A stretch of 64,000 bases of DNA from Minisyncoccota bacterium (GTDB lineage: Bacteria > Patescibacteriota > Minisyncoccia > Phycocordibacterales > SBAW01), in the NCBI GenBank assembly GCA_035546615.1, contig DASZWM010000002.1, positions 1 through 64,000 of the forward strand, written 5' to 3'. A program made the position numbers and the translations under genes. Shown here in pieces: positions 16,769 through 25,724 of the stretch (position 1 is its first letter; the number at the start of each line of letters is the position of its first letter). The notes beneath the pieces were generated by a model. It saw only the letters and a program-made list of their open reading frames with translations. It did not search any database and was not told where the DNA came from.

Positions 16769-16887
16769 AGGTAAAAGTAGTGGATTTCTGGTAAGTCTTG
16801 CGTCCACCACTATACCACTTATGGAGCTATTGCAAACTTTGACTTTTTTGCCTTTCGTTTCCCGCGGCCTAAAGCGTTTCTATAGCC

Positions 16888-18066
16888 CTACGGAAGGAAT
16901 TTTTTGAACCAGCGCACGAATATCCGGAAGAGGTCGCGCAGGCCCGCGCCGGCGCCCGGCTCGGCTTCTTCGCCCTGGGTAAAGCCCCAAATAGTGAGGC
17001 CATACGCCACGGCCCACGAGCCGTCCTTCAAGTGCACTTTGGAGCCGACGCCTTCCTGAAGCGACGCGACGCGCGAAGGGAGCCGGAGCACGGCCTTGGC
17101 GAGGTCGGACACGGTCTGTATGGAAGAGCCGCCGCCGGTGAGCACGACACCCGCGGGCAGGAGCTCGTTCTTGCCTATTTTCTTGAGCTGCGCCTCGACC
17201 AGCTTGAACATGTCGGAGACGCGGCGCGAAATGAGGTCGTCGATTTTGCGCTGCGGGAAGGTGGAGCCCAGCACGACGCCCTGCTTGAGCTGCTCCGCGT
17301 CCTCGGGGCTGATGCGCAGGCCGAGCGCCAGGTCGTTGGTGATGTCGGCGGCGCCGACGGGGAACACGCGCATGGAAATGGGGATGCCGTCCTCGAACAC
17401 GATTATGGAAAGGGTTTCGGAACCGATATTGGCAAGCACGCAGCCCACGCGCTTCTGCATTTTGGAAAGGGCGACGAAGCTGGCGGCAAGCGGCGAGGCT
17501 GCGACGTCCTCCACCTCGATGCCTGCTTCCTCGGTGGCGGCGACAAGATCGTTCACATGGCGCTCAAGGCAGGTAATAAAGAGAGCCTCGGCGGAGAGCC
17601 GCTGACCCTTGAGCCCGGCAGGGCTGCGGCCCATGACGCGCACGCCGTCCACCGAGTAGCGCAAGGGAATCGTATGGAGCACTTTGCGGTTAAGGAGCGC
17701 CGCGGGCGACAGCCCGCTTTCGGCCGCCGACAGCACGCGCGCGATATCGCGGCCGGTCACTTCGGAGTCGCCGCGCTCGATGACGGTTTCGCCGCGCGCG
17801 AACGCCTCGTCCAGCCCGACGCCGCCGATGCCTAAGTACGCGCGCTTCACCTTAACCTGTGCCGCCTTGCTGGCCTGCGCTACCGCCGCGGCAATGGAGC
17901 GCGAGACTTCCGGGATGGAAATGATATAGCCCTGCTTCATGCCGCGGCTCTCGGCATAGCCCGTGCCGAGTATCTGCGGCGCTTCGCGGGAAAGTCCCTG
18001 GTGCGCGGCGATGACTACCTTAACTTGATAGGTGCCGACGTCTATTCCCGTGACTATTTTTTGCAT
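16888..18066 (-). CDS. ftsA: Cell division protein FtsA
   Basis: Actin-like ATPase with N-terminal IVTGIDVGTYQVKVVIA and an SHS2 insert. Lies upstream of ftsZ in the conserved order. Confidence 0.85.
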   Translation of the reverse strand: MQKIVTGIDVGTYQVKVVIAAHQGLSREAPQILGTGYAESRGMKQGYIISIPEVSRSIAAAVAQASKAAQVKVKRAYLGIGGVGLDEAFARGETVIERGDSEVTGRDIARVLSAAESGLSPAALLNRKVLHTIPLRYSVDGVRVMGRSPAGLKGQRLSAEALFITCLERHVNDLVAATEEAGIEVEDVAASPLAASFVALSKMQKRVGCVLANIGSETLSIIVFEDGIPISMRVFPVGAADITNDLALGLRISPEDAEQLKQGVVLGSTFPQRKIDDLISRRVSDMFKLVEAQLKKIGKNELLPAGVVLTGGGSSIQTVSDLAKAVLRLPSRVASLQEGVGSKVHLKDGSWAVAYGLTIWGFTQGEEAEPGAGAGLRDLFRIFVRWFKKFLP

Positions 18067-18418
18067 ACGGTATGAAGCGCTCGAGCATGCGGGTCTCGAA
18101 TCGCTCCATTGTAGCACCATGTTTGTGGCCTTTCAGATGAAGGGCGCCGTGGATAAAGAGGTAGGGCAGGCTAAAAGGCTTCGCGGCGGCCGGGCACAGG
18201 AGTATTTCGCCGGAGTTTTTTGAAAGGGGGAATGAGAGGACGTTGGAGACGTGGTCCTTCTTTTTCGTCGCAATAGTTATGCGGCGCATCTCGGCGGCCG
18301 GGATATATGCGACCGAAAGCTCGTAGTTCTTGCCTAAAATAGCATCCTTAATAGACGAGAAAAGCGCGCGGGGCATCCGCGCGCGCGTTTTGTTTGAAAA
18401 AGATACGGTGTCCCGCAT
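18020..18418 (-). CDS. ybeY: rRNA maturation endoribonuclease YbeY
   Basis: Metal-binding HGALHLKGHKH motif (HxxxHxxxH) at the expected position. Size and context fit YbeY. C-terminus overlaps the ftsA start. Confidence 0.65.
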   Translation of the reverse strand: MRDTVSFSNKTRARMPRALFSSIKDAILGKNYELSVAYIPAAEMRRITIATKKKDHVSNVLSFPLSKNSGEILLCPAAAKPFSLPYLFIHGALHLKGHKHGATMERFETRMLERFIPYAKNSHGNRRRHLSS

Positions 18419-18428
18419 CGAGAGGAGA

Positions 18429-18686
18429 TTAGCGGCGCGGACGGCGCTCGCCGGGCATGCGCTCCACCAGTTTGCCGAGCTTGATGAGTTCCTGTATTTC
18501 CTCGCGGCGCTTAATAGCCTTGAGCGCGTGCTTGCGGACTACCGCGGGGGACTTAACGCGGGCGCGGTAGCGGCGGGCGCGCATGCGGATGAGCACCTGC
18601 GCGCCTTGCACGCGCTTCGTAAAGCGGCGGATAAGATTTACCGCCGATTCGCCCTCGTTCTTCTGGACCTCCGCATTTACTGCCAT
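18429..18686 (-). CDS. rpsU: 30S ribosomal protein S21
   Basis: 85 aa basic protein. NEGESAVNLIRRFTKRVQGAQVL matches the S21 N-terminal consensus (ESxExALRRFKR). Confidence 0.8.
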   Translation of the reverse strand: MAVNAEVQKNEGESAVNLIRRFTKRVQGAQVLIRMRARRYRARVKSPAVVRKHALKAIKRREEIQELIKLGKLVERMPGERRPRR

Positions 18687-18717
18687 GTGTGATGCCTAGA
18701 ATAGCACGCGGGGGGCC

Positions 18718-19881
18718 CTAACGCAAGGTGCGCAGGAAGCGGGGGACTTCGTTGACGCTGATTATGTGCTGGGAGCTGTTGCGGGTGGAACGGACGATGA
18801 CCGTGCCGTCAAGCGCCTCGCGCTGGCCCATGATAAGGAGGTAGGGGACGCCGAGCTCTGCCGCGGCGGAGAGCTGCATCGAGAGCCGGCTGGCATCGAA
18901 GGACTGCAGCACCGGCACGTGCGCCGCGCGCAGCATATCCACGACCGCCAGGCCCTGCAGCTTGGCGCGCAGGCCGAGCTGGGCGAAATAGATCTTCGGC
19001 TTTATAGCAGGCGCGACGGTGGCGAAGTTCTGCTTGGAAACGCCTTTCTTGCGGAAGAAGATGCTCGCGCCCACGCCGGTTGAGTCCTTGCGGTGGCTTT
19101 CGCGCTTGAGGTACTCGTCATAGCGGCCGCCGAGCGCGCCCACGATAGTGGCGTCGTCTTCTTTGAAATCGAGCGCGAAGGCGATATGGGGGCCGCGCTC
19201 GTCGCCGCCCAAGAGGTCGTCGAGCTGATAGGGGATGCCAAGCTGCTCCAGATGCTCGAGCACGGAGCGGAAATGCACGCGGCTCTTTTCAGAAAGGAAG
19301 TGCATCGGCCGCGGACCGCCCTCAAGCAATGCCGTTATCTCCGGCGAGTGCAGGCGATAGACGGAGAACGGGTCGTCCATCACGCCTTTGCGCGCGGCTT
19401 CCTCGAACTGGTCGAGGTTGCGGCGCAGGTAGCTTCCGAGCTCGCGCCCGAAGCGCTGCTGGCTGTCGCGGTCGCCGAGTGCGTTGACGCGCACGCGCTC
19501 AACCTCGCTGCCCCATTCGGTGGCCACCATCGTTATGGTCTTGAGCAGGACTATTTCGCCGACGCTCTCCGGCGTGCCGATGACCTGGAGGCCGAACTCG
19601 CCCACGTCGCGCGGCGACATCCCGCCGGGCACGTGGCTGGGGGCGGGCGTAGCATAAAATCCCAGTATCGGGTCCTGCGGCCGCGCGGCCGCGCGCATGG
19701 CGCCGAGCAATGCCGCGCTTTGGAACGAGTACACGCCCTGTGTACGGCGGTTGCCGACCTTCGCCTCGATGTGGCGCATATGGTCGCGCTCTATCTCGCG
19801 CATGGGGCGGAAGCCGTAGAACGACGCCACTTCCGACGCGTGCTTCAGGAACGATATCGGCGATGTTCGGGAGGTACTCAT
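18718..19881 (-). CDS. Histidine--tRNA ligase-like protein (class II aaRS, divergent motif 2)
   Basis: Collinear with HisRS. GGRYDEY histidine-binding motif and anticodon-binding domain (PYLLIMGQREALDGTVIVR) present. The FRYERPQ/motif 2 region is not recognisable. Confidence 0.55.
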   Translation of the reverse strand: MSTSRTSPISFLKHASEVASFYGFRPMREIERDHMRHIEAKVGNRRTQGVYSFQSAALLGAMRAAARPQDPILGFYATPAPSHVPGGMSPRDVGEFGLQVIGTPESVGEIVLLKTITMVATEWGSEVERVRVNALGDRDSQQRFGRELGSYLRRNLDQFEEAARKGVMDDPFSVYRLHSPEITALLEGGPRPMHFLSEKSRVHFRSVLEHLEQLGIPYQLDDLLGGDERGPHIAFALDFKEDDATIVGALGGRYDEYLKRESHRKDSTGVGASIFFRKKGVSKQNFATVAPAIKPKIYFAQLGLRAKLQGLAVVDMLRAAHVPVLQSFDASRLSMQLSAAAELGVPYLLIMGQREALDGTVIVRSTRNSSQHIISVNEVPRFLRTLR

Positions 19882-19893
19882 GCGTGGCAGCTG

Positions 19894-20448
19894 CTATTGC
19901 GACGAAAGGCTTCCGGGGAAAAGGCCGAGTTCCTGGACGGGGAGAAGCCGCACGAACGCGCGGCCGACGATATCGGCGCGCGGCAGCACGCCCCAGATGC
20001 GCGAATCGGAGCTCTCGGGCCGGTTGTCGCCCATGACGAAATACTCGCCGGCCTTGAGCGTGACGCTCATGTCGCCGCCGTTGCCCTGATGCGTGACATA
20101 GGATTCGTCCGGCGTGAGGATATTGCCGTTGGTCATCACCACAGACACTACTCCGCGCTGTATGCGCACGGTCTCTCCCGGAAGCCCGATGACGCGCTTG
20201 ATGAAATACTGGGTCGGGTCCTTCGGATAGCGGAAAATGACGACATCGCCGCGCGCGGGCTCCTCGAACCGGTAGGAAAGCTCGTCGACGATAAGGTACT
20301 GGCCCGTCTCAAAGGTCGGCACCATCGACGCTCCCGAGACGATGAACGGTTTCGCGATGAAAAGTCGGACCGGAACGACGATGACGATTGCGATGAGTGC
20401 GAATTTCAGGAGTTCGATGAAAAAATTTTCACGTTTCTCCTCTTGCAT
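19894..20448 (-). CDS. lepB: Signal peptidase I
   Basis: Catalytic Ser box GASMVPTF, Lys box RGDVVIF...KRVIGLPGE, and GDNRPESSDSRIWG box E. Confidence 0.8.
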   Translation of the reverse strand: MQEEKRENFFIELLKFALIAIVIVVPVRLFIAKPFIVSGASMVPTFETGQYLIVDELSYRFEEPARGDVVIFRYPKDPTQYFIKRVIGLPGETVRIQRGVVSVVMTNGNILTPDESYVTHQGNGGDMSVTLKAGEYFVMGDNRPESSDSRIWGVLPRADIVGRAFVRLLPVQELGLFPGSLSSQ

Positions 20449-20672
20449 ACCGAGTATTGTACATCCGCCGTGCATTGATGCAAGCCCCGCACTGAAAATT
20501 GGCGTTGTTCATTTTGCAAAACCGTGTCATGAGGTGGTATGCGAGCGTGCAGGCGTCAAAAAATGGCGATTATCGGGAGATGAACATGTTTTGCGACGCC
20601 AATTACTAGTGTCGGGGCAAGCGCAAATGCGTTTTCTCGTGCGTTTTTTGCCGCCGTGCTATAGTTTTCGGC

Positions 20673-21203
20673 ATGCAGTGGATAGTCGCAGGCCTTGGAA
20701 ATCCCGGCGAAGAGTACGTCGGCACGCGCCACAATGCGGGCCGCGACTTTTTGCATGCGTTTGAGGACAAATTGCCGAAGAACGTGAAGGCGATAACACC
20801 CGATGTCTACATGAACAACTCCGGCGGGCCGCTCAAGAAGCTTATTCCCTCCAAAAAGGCGGCCGAGAGGCTCATTGTGCTTCATGACGAGCTCGACTTG
20901 CCGGTCGGGCGCATCAAAATCTCCTATGGCTCATCCGCCGGCGGCCACAACGGCGTCAAATCGGTACAAGCGGCGCTCAAAACGCAGGATTTCACGCGCA
21001 TCCGCATCGGCATTTCTCCTTCAACCCCTTCCGGCAAGCTGAAGCGCCCTCAAGGCGCAAAGATAGTGGACTTCGTACTCGGCAAATTCAAGCCCGCCGA
21101 CCAGGAGAAACTCAAGAAGGTCCGCAAGACGGTGCTTGAGGCTATCGAACTGATAGTAAAAGACGGCGTCCAGGCCGCGATGATGGAGATACATTCGCGG
21201 TAG
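20673..21203 (+). CDS. pth: Peptidyl-tRNA hydrolase
   Basis: N-terminal LGNPGEEYVGTRHNAG and conserved catalytic His. 176 aa. Confidence 0.9.
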   Translation: MQWIVAGLGNPGEEYVGTRHNAGRDFLHAFEDKLPKNVKAITPDVYMNNSGGPLKKLIPSKKAAERLIVLHDELDLPVGRIKISYGSSAGGHNGVKSVQAALKTQDFTRIRIGISPSTPSGKLKRPQGAKIVDFVLGKFKPADQEKLKKVRKTVLEAIELIVKDGVQAAMMEIHSR

Positions 21204-21282
21204 ACGCGCCCGGGGCTTTTTGTATACTCGCAAAGGAATCCCGTCTGCTGTAGCCGGGATGTAAAGCGCAAGGAGGCGGCAT

Positions 21283-21684
21283 ATGCGCCCGCGAGTGCTT
21301 ATTGCAGACGAAGACGACAAGACACTAGCAGTGGCGGGAAGCCTGCTCAAGGAAGCAGGCATGGAATTCGTCCTGGCAAGAACCGGCAGGTCGGCTCTCA
21401 AGGCGGCGCAAAACGTCTTCGACCTTATCATCACCGAATGCGAGATCGAATTCGACCCTGCGAAGTCTCCAGGCGAAAAAATAAACCTGCTTGAGGCGTA
21501 CAAGACAGCGTGCATCGCGACGCCCATCGTCCTGTATACGGCTCTCGAACATTCCTCCGTGATCGTCTCGGCGGCTGGCAGCCAACTCCCTCTGGTGAAG
21601 CAGATACTCCGCAAGCCGCTCGCGCTCAAGGAACCGCAGAACTTCCTGACTGCGGTCCGCGCGACGCTGATCGTGTCGTTGTAG
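21283..21684 (+). CDS. Response-regulator receiver-like domain protein (likely pseudo-receiver)
   Basis: CheY-like alternating pattern with acidic pocket LIADEDD. The phospho-acceptor position reads DLIITECE (Glu in place of Asp). Confidence 0.4.
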   Translation: MRPRVLIADEDDKTLAVAGSLLKEAGMEFVLARTGRSALKAAQNVFDLIITECEIEFDPAKSPGEKINLLEAYKTACIATPIVLYTALEHSSVIVSAAGSQLPLVKQILRKPLALKEPQNFLTAVRATLIVSL

Positions 21685-21692
21685 GTAAAACG

Positions 21693-21725
21693 AATCGCCC
21701 GCCGGAGGAACTCCGGCGGGCGATT
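21693..21725. terminator. Bidirectional terminator with 15-bp perfect stem
   Basis: AATCGCCCGCCGGAG-gaa-CTCCGGCGGGCGATT flanked by A/T runs, between convergent 21283..21684 (+) and rpsA (-). Confidence 0.6.
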
Positions 21726-21747
21726 GTTGCGTTAGTTTTTCACGGAA

Positions 21748-22869
21748 TTACTTCTTATCTCCGGCGAATGCCAGCGCCATGCGCATGTCCTTCGGCTCGA
21801 AGAGGGAAATGGTAAACGGGTAGCGCTTGCCGAGCTCGAGGCTTGCGCGGAGCTTTTCTTCGCTCCCGAACTCGCTGACGTGCACGAGGCCCGCGATGCC
21901 TTCCTCAATGGATGCGAGCGCGCCGTGCTTGTTGAACTTGATGACGACGCCCTCAACCTTATCGCCCTTGTTGTATTTGCCGGAGGCGACCTGCCACGGG
22001 TTTTCCTTGAGCTGTTTTGCGGAAAGGGATATTTTGCCGTCCTTGATGTCGATTATTTTCACCTTCACCTTGTCGCCGACCTTGTAGAAGTGGCGGGGAT
22101 CGTCAACGAGGCCCCAGTCGATCTCGGAAATGTGGACCAGGCCTTCGAGGCCTTCCTCAAGCTTCACGAAGACGCCGAAGTCAACCATACCGGTCACCTC
22201 GCCCTCTACCGTGTCGCCGACCGCGTAAGACGCAATGAGCTCGCGCTTTTCCTTATCGTCAACGCCCTTCTCGGAGAATATCAGCTTGCCTTCCTTCGGG
22301 GTTGCGGAAATGATGGAAACGATAAGGCGGGTGCCCACCAGCTTGCGCAGCTCGTCGAGGATCTTGTCCTTGTCGCCGTCTACGACGCGCGGATAGTGCT
22401 CGGCTTTAAGCTGGCTGGCGGGGAGGAAGCCGGCGATGCCCTGCCACTCAAGTATGAGTCCGCCCTTGTTGGCTTCCTTAACCAGTATCTCCACCTGGCG
22501 CTTCTCCTTGACGGCAAGCTCGGCCTCGGCCCAGATGAGCGCCTGGCGCGCCTCCTTGAGGGAAAGCTCGATGTAGCCTTCTTTGCTGTCGGTCGAGATG
22601 ACCTTGGCGGCGATGCGGTCGCCGACGTTCGTGCGCTTGATGACCTCGCGCGCGTTGAGGTATTCGCGGCCGAAGATGACGCCGGTGCCGAACGGAGGGA
22701 GGTCGATGTAGAGGCGCGCGCGGTCAAGAGCAATGACCGGACCCTCGACGATGTCTCCCGGCTGGGGAGGGGTAGGAGCACGCTCCATAAGCCCTGCCAT
22801 GATGGTCGGGGCGGCTGCAGAATCTTCGATCTGGGACGCGTCTAAGACGGCCTCTTTTGCTTTTGCCAT
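21748..22869 (-). CDS. rpsA: 30S ribosomal protein S1 (four S1 domains)
   Basis: Repeated S1 domain signatures (GxVxGxVxxIxDFGAFV-like) throughout, for example VEGEVTGMVDFGVFVKLEEGLEGLVHISE. Confidence 0.85.
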   Translation of the reverse strand: MAKAKEAVLDASQIEDSAAAPTIMAGLMERAPTPPQPGDIVEGPVIALDRARLYIDLPPFGTGVIFGREYLNAREVIKRTNVGDRIAAKVISTDSKEGYIELSLKEARQALIWAEAELAVKEKRQVEILVKEANKGGLILEWQGIAGFLPASQLKAEHYPRVVDGDKDKILDELRKLVGTRLIVSIISATPKEGKLIFSEKGVDDKEKRELIASYAVGDTVEGEVTGMVDFGVFVKLEEGLEGLVHISEIDWGLVDDPRHFYKVGDKVKVKIIDIKDGKISLSAKQLKENPWQVASGKYNKGDKVEGVVIKFNKHGALASIEEGIAGLVHVSEFGSEEKLRASLELGKRYPFTISLFEPKDMRMALAFAGDKK

Positions 22870-23145
22870 AGTCTAGTGAAGTAAGCGAAGTAAAAACTTG
22901 TTTTTATTTCGGAACGAACGACGACTATATAAGTCGCCGAGACTTCTATAATTATTGTGTTGTACGGTGAGGCCTCCAGGTCGGAGATTAGTCTCACTCG
23001 CGCTAATAAAGGATAGCCCTTTATTGCTTGCACTATATATCAAAACTGCGTGAGGCGCAAGGCTCTGAATTAAAGAAGAAACCCCGCCCCAGCAATGCGC
23101 TGGAACGGGGCCTCGGCGCCAGCGTGGGCCGCTGGTAACCGGAGA

Positions 23146-23736
23146 TCAGGAAGTGAGGAAGCCGAGCGGCATGTGCCCGACGCCGACGCCGTGAACGATG
23201 GCGCCCACCGTGTTGATGTCATTCGACGCGGCGACCAGCAGCGGGGGAGCGTGGCCGTGGCCGGCGCCCTTCTGCTTGTCGATGTCGAGGCCGTAGGCGT
23301 TCGAGATCGCGACGGTCCAGGTCGGAATGAGCGAGCCGGTGGCCGGGTAGGCCGCCGAACCGTCGTTCCAGCCGCGGGACTTCACGAAGGCGACGTCGTA
23401 GATGCCGGCATGGCCGTCGATCACGCTCGGAATACGGTCGAGAATGACCCCGCCGTCAGCGACCTGGTCGATGTGCAGCGCGCCCTCCTTGAGGCCGAAG
23501 CCGCCGGTGATGGCGTACGTGTCGTCCAGCGCCGAGGCGGCCTTCAGAAGGTTCGGATTGCCGGTGATGTGGCCGATGACGAAGGCGTCGAAGGCGACCT
23601 GGTCGATGTCGAAATGTCCGCTATAGATACCCTTGTCGATCAGCGCGTGGCCGGGCGACGAGCCGGCGAACGCGGCGGGAGCGGCGAGCAATGCGGCGGC
23701 AAACGATGCCGCAAGAGTCAGACGCAAGCTTTTCAT
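23146..23736 (-). CDS. Hypothetical secreted protein
   Basis: Signal peptide MKSLRLTLAASFAAALLAAPAAFAGSS. Gly/His-rich. Lies in a high-GC island. Confidence 0.45.
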   Translation of the reverse strand: MKSLRLTLAASFAAALLAAPAAFAGSSPGHALIDKGIYSGHFDIDQVAFDAFVIGHITGNPNLLKAASALDDTYAITGGFGLKEGALHIDQVADGGVILDRIPSVIDGHAGIYDVAFVKSRGWNDGSAAYPATGSLIPTWTVAISNAYGLDIDKQKGAGHGHAPPLLVAASNDINTVGAIVHGVGVGHMPLGFLTS

Positions 23737-23941
23737 GCGCAGTCCTCCTGGTTGCAGTTCACTTCCAAATTGACGAATTACAGTTCCGCACTTGTCCTGG
23801 ATTCAAGGTCCTGGCGTACGGAATACCAGCAGATAGTATGAAATCTTCACGTTTGTGTCAATATATGTTCTGAACAGGGTCAAAAAATAACAGTGCCCCG
23901 AGGCGGATTCCTCGGGGCGGGCGAACAGATGCGAAACGGGG

Positions 23942-24331
23942 CTAGAAGCCCTCAACTTTCTTGTATTCCCGGTAGGCCGGGTCGTTGGGGTCAAAAGACG
24001 GCTTCTGCGGCTCGGGCGGATCGTCGCCGAGCGCGGCGTCCCGGCCAGTCTCCCCGCGACGGCTGCCGTCGCCGAAGCCGCTTTCCGGATTGGGTGTCAT
24101 ATTGAACACCGAAGCGCCTTGCTGCGCCGTTGAGCGGTCGTCAGACATCGGCAATCCGCGCTGGTTGTGGGTTCCGGACATGTCGGCGTTCCCAACCATC
24201 CGTGCAGGGCCGGGGCCGCTGCCATTGGCGATCTCGCGAAGTTCTTCCATGCTTTCCCCGATATCGCAGATGCCGGGAATTGAGGTTCGGTCAGTGCCGC
24301 CGAAAGGGCCGGCGAATTTTGTAAGTCGCAT
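23942..24331 (-). CDS. Hypothetical low-complexity protein
   Basis: 129 aa, Gly/Pro/Asp-rich, no motif. A hairpin GCCCCGAGG-cggatt-CCTCGGGGC lies just downstream at about 23893..23920. Confidence 0.3.
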   Translation of the reverse strand: MRLTKFAGPFGGTDRTSIPGICDIGESMEELREIANGSGPGPARMVGNADMSGTHNQRGLPMSDDRSTAQQGASVFNMTPNPESGFGDGSRRGETGRDAALGDDPPEPQKPSFDPNDPAYREYKKVEGF

Positions 24332-24835
24332 CTTACCTGCTCCCTAAGATTTTGGTTTGCCCGATAGGGCGGAACATAGCCTCGTCATCAGCCTTTGCGT
24401 ATACGCGCAAAAGTTGGAGGTATCCGCTTACTGTAGCGCAAGGGGCGCGCTCTTTCAAACAGAGTAATCCCCCGCCGCGCCTAAAAGCGCGCCGGGGGAT
24501 ATGGCTCACACTGAGCCTTTGTCTTCGCCTCGGCGTTTGCCGTCGGGGTATTTGTGGTCGATAGCGTGCGGGCGATAGACGTCCTTTTCGGGAAGCGGTG
24601 TTCGATCCGGCCGAAGGCTCGCGTGCTCCGGCCCGGCAGGCAGACTGGCGCGTGCCCGGGCGAGCGCCTCGTCTATTTTCCGCTCCCGTTCCTCTTCTTC
24701 TGTTTCTGTTCGCACTGTTCGTACTCCTCGTAACCGACTCCGCATCATACAACAAGGCGCGAATATGCAAAGTTCTGGGGCATCTGGGGGCGTTTTAAAG
24801 AGGCAAAATGCGGCAAAATATGCTATACTAAACGC

Positions 24836-25456
24836 ATGGTTATCAGCTATTTGGGGGGCCAGAATATCAAGGTCACGCAAGGGGATTTGACCCTTTCCTT
24901 CAACCCTCCGTCCAAGGACTCCGGCCTCAAGTCGGCGAAGTTCGGCTCCGACATCGTATTCGTTTCGACCGACCACGAAGACTTCAACGGCGTTGAGAAC
25001 GCGAGCTTCGGCGAACGTGAGCCGTTCGCGATAAAAGGCCCGGGCGAGTACGAGGTCCGGGGGGTCGCGGTGCGCGGCTTCGGCATGCCCACCGAATACG
25101 GCGGCAGCCCCGGCATCAATACTATATATAGCGTGGTGCTTGAAGGCATGAACCTCTGCTTCCTCGGCGCTCTCTCAAATTCAGAGCTTCCGCAGGCGGC
25201 CAAGCAGGAGCTCGACGACATCGATATCCTCTTCCTTCCCGTTGGCGGCGAAGGCATTGTCGATACGGCGGCCGGGTACAAGCTTGCGGTACAATTGGAG
25301 CCGAAAGCGGTCGTGCCCATGCCGATGGACGACGGGGCTTTGAAGAAATTCCTGAAGGAGGCGGGCGCGGAGGACACGAAGCCAACCGACAAGCTCACGC
25401 TTAAAAAGAAGGACCTCGACGGCAAACAGGGCGAAATAATGGTGCTCGCCGCATAA
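24836..25456 (+). CDS. MBL-fold metallo-hydrolase family protein
   Basis: 206 aa with beta-lactamase-fold beta-strand pattern (IVFVSTDHEDF, DIDILFLPVGGEG), resembling UlaG-like MBL proteins. Confidence 0.5.
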   Translation: MVISYLGGQNIKVTQGDLTLSFNPPSKDSGLKSAKFGSDIVFVSTDHEDFNGVENASFGEREPFAIKGPGEYEVRGVAVRGFGMPTEYGGSPGINTIYSVVLEGMNLCFLGALSNSELPQAAKQELDDIDILFLPVGGEGIVDTAAGYKLAVQLEPKAVVPMPMDDGALKKFLKEAGAEDTKPTDKLTLKKKDLDGKQGEIMVLAA

Positions 25457-25460
25457 CGAT

Positions 25461-25718
25461 ATGAAAAAGCTTATCGAAAAACTTCGCGCAGAAAGGACTC
25501 CGCATGAGCGGCGCCAAATTTCCATGCAGGTGGCCGGCGTCATGACCGCGATACTCTTTGTCGGCTGGATAGGCACGCTCGGCGTGCGCCTGGCCGGCAG
25601 CGCGCAGCCCGCAAGCGATTCGTCGCAGGCCGCGGCAACCCTGGAGGCGGTGCAGGGAAGCGCCACCTCGACATCGACGTTCCTTCCCGGGTACTCTGGA
25701 TACTCAAACGGATTCTAA
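25461..25718 (+). CDS. Hypothetical small membrane protein
   Basis: 85 aa, one TM helix (VAGVMTAILFVGWIGTLGV). Immediately upstream of gyrA. Confidence 0.35.
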   Translation: MKKLIEKLRAERTPHERRQISMQVAGVMTAILFVGWIGTLGVRLAGSAQPASDSSQAAATLEAVQGSATSTSTFLPGYSGYSNGF

Positions 25719-25724
25719 CCTTCC

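Noticed and set aside
24333-24976. Overlapping minus-strand ORFs 24333..24770 (145 aa) and 24506..24976 (156 aa) as real genes.
   Set aside because: They overlap each other in different frames and overlap the MBL-fold gene start. They are Arg/Pro-rich with no motifs. At most a short 80-codon piece (24506..24748) might be real, so I kept it as an ambiguity.
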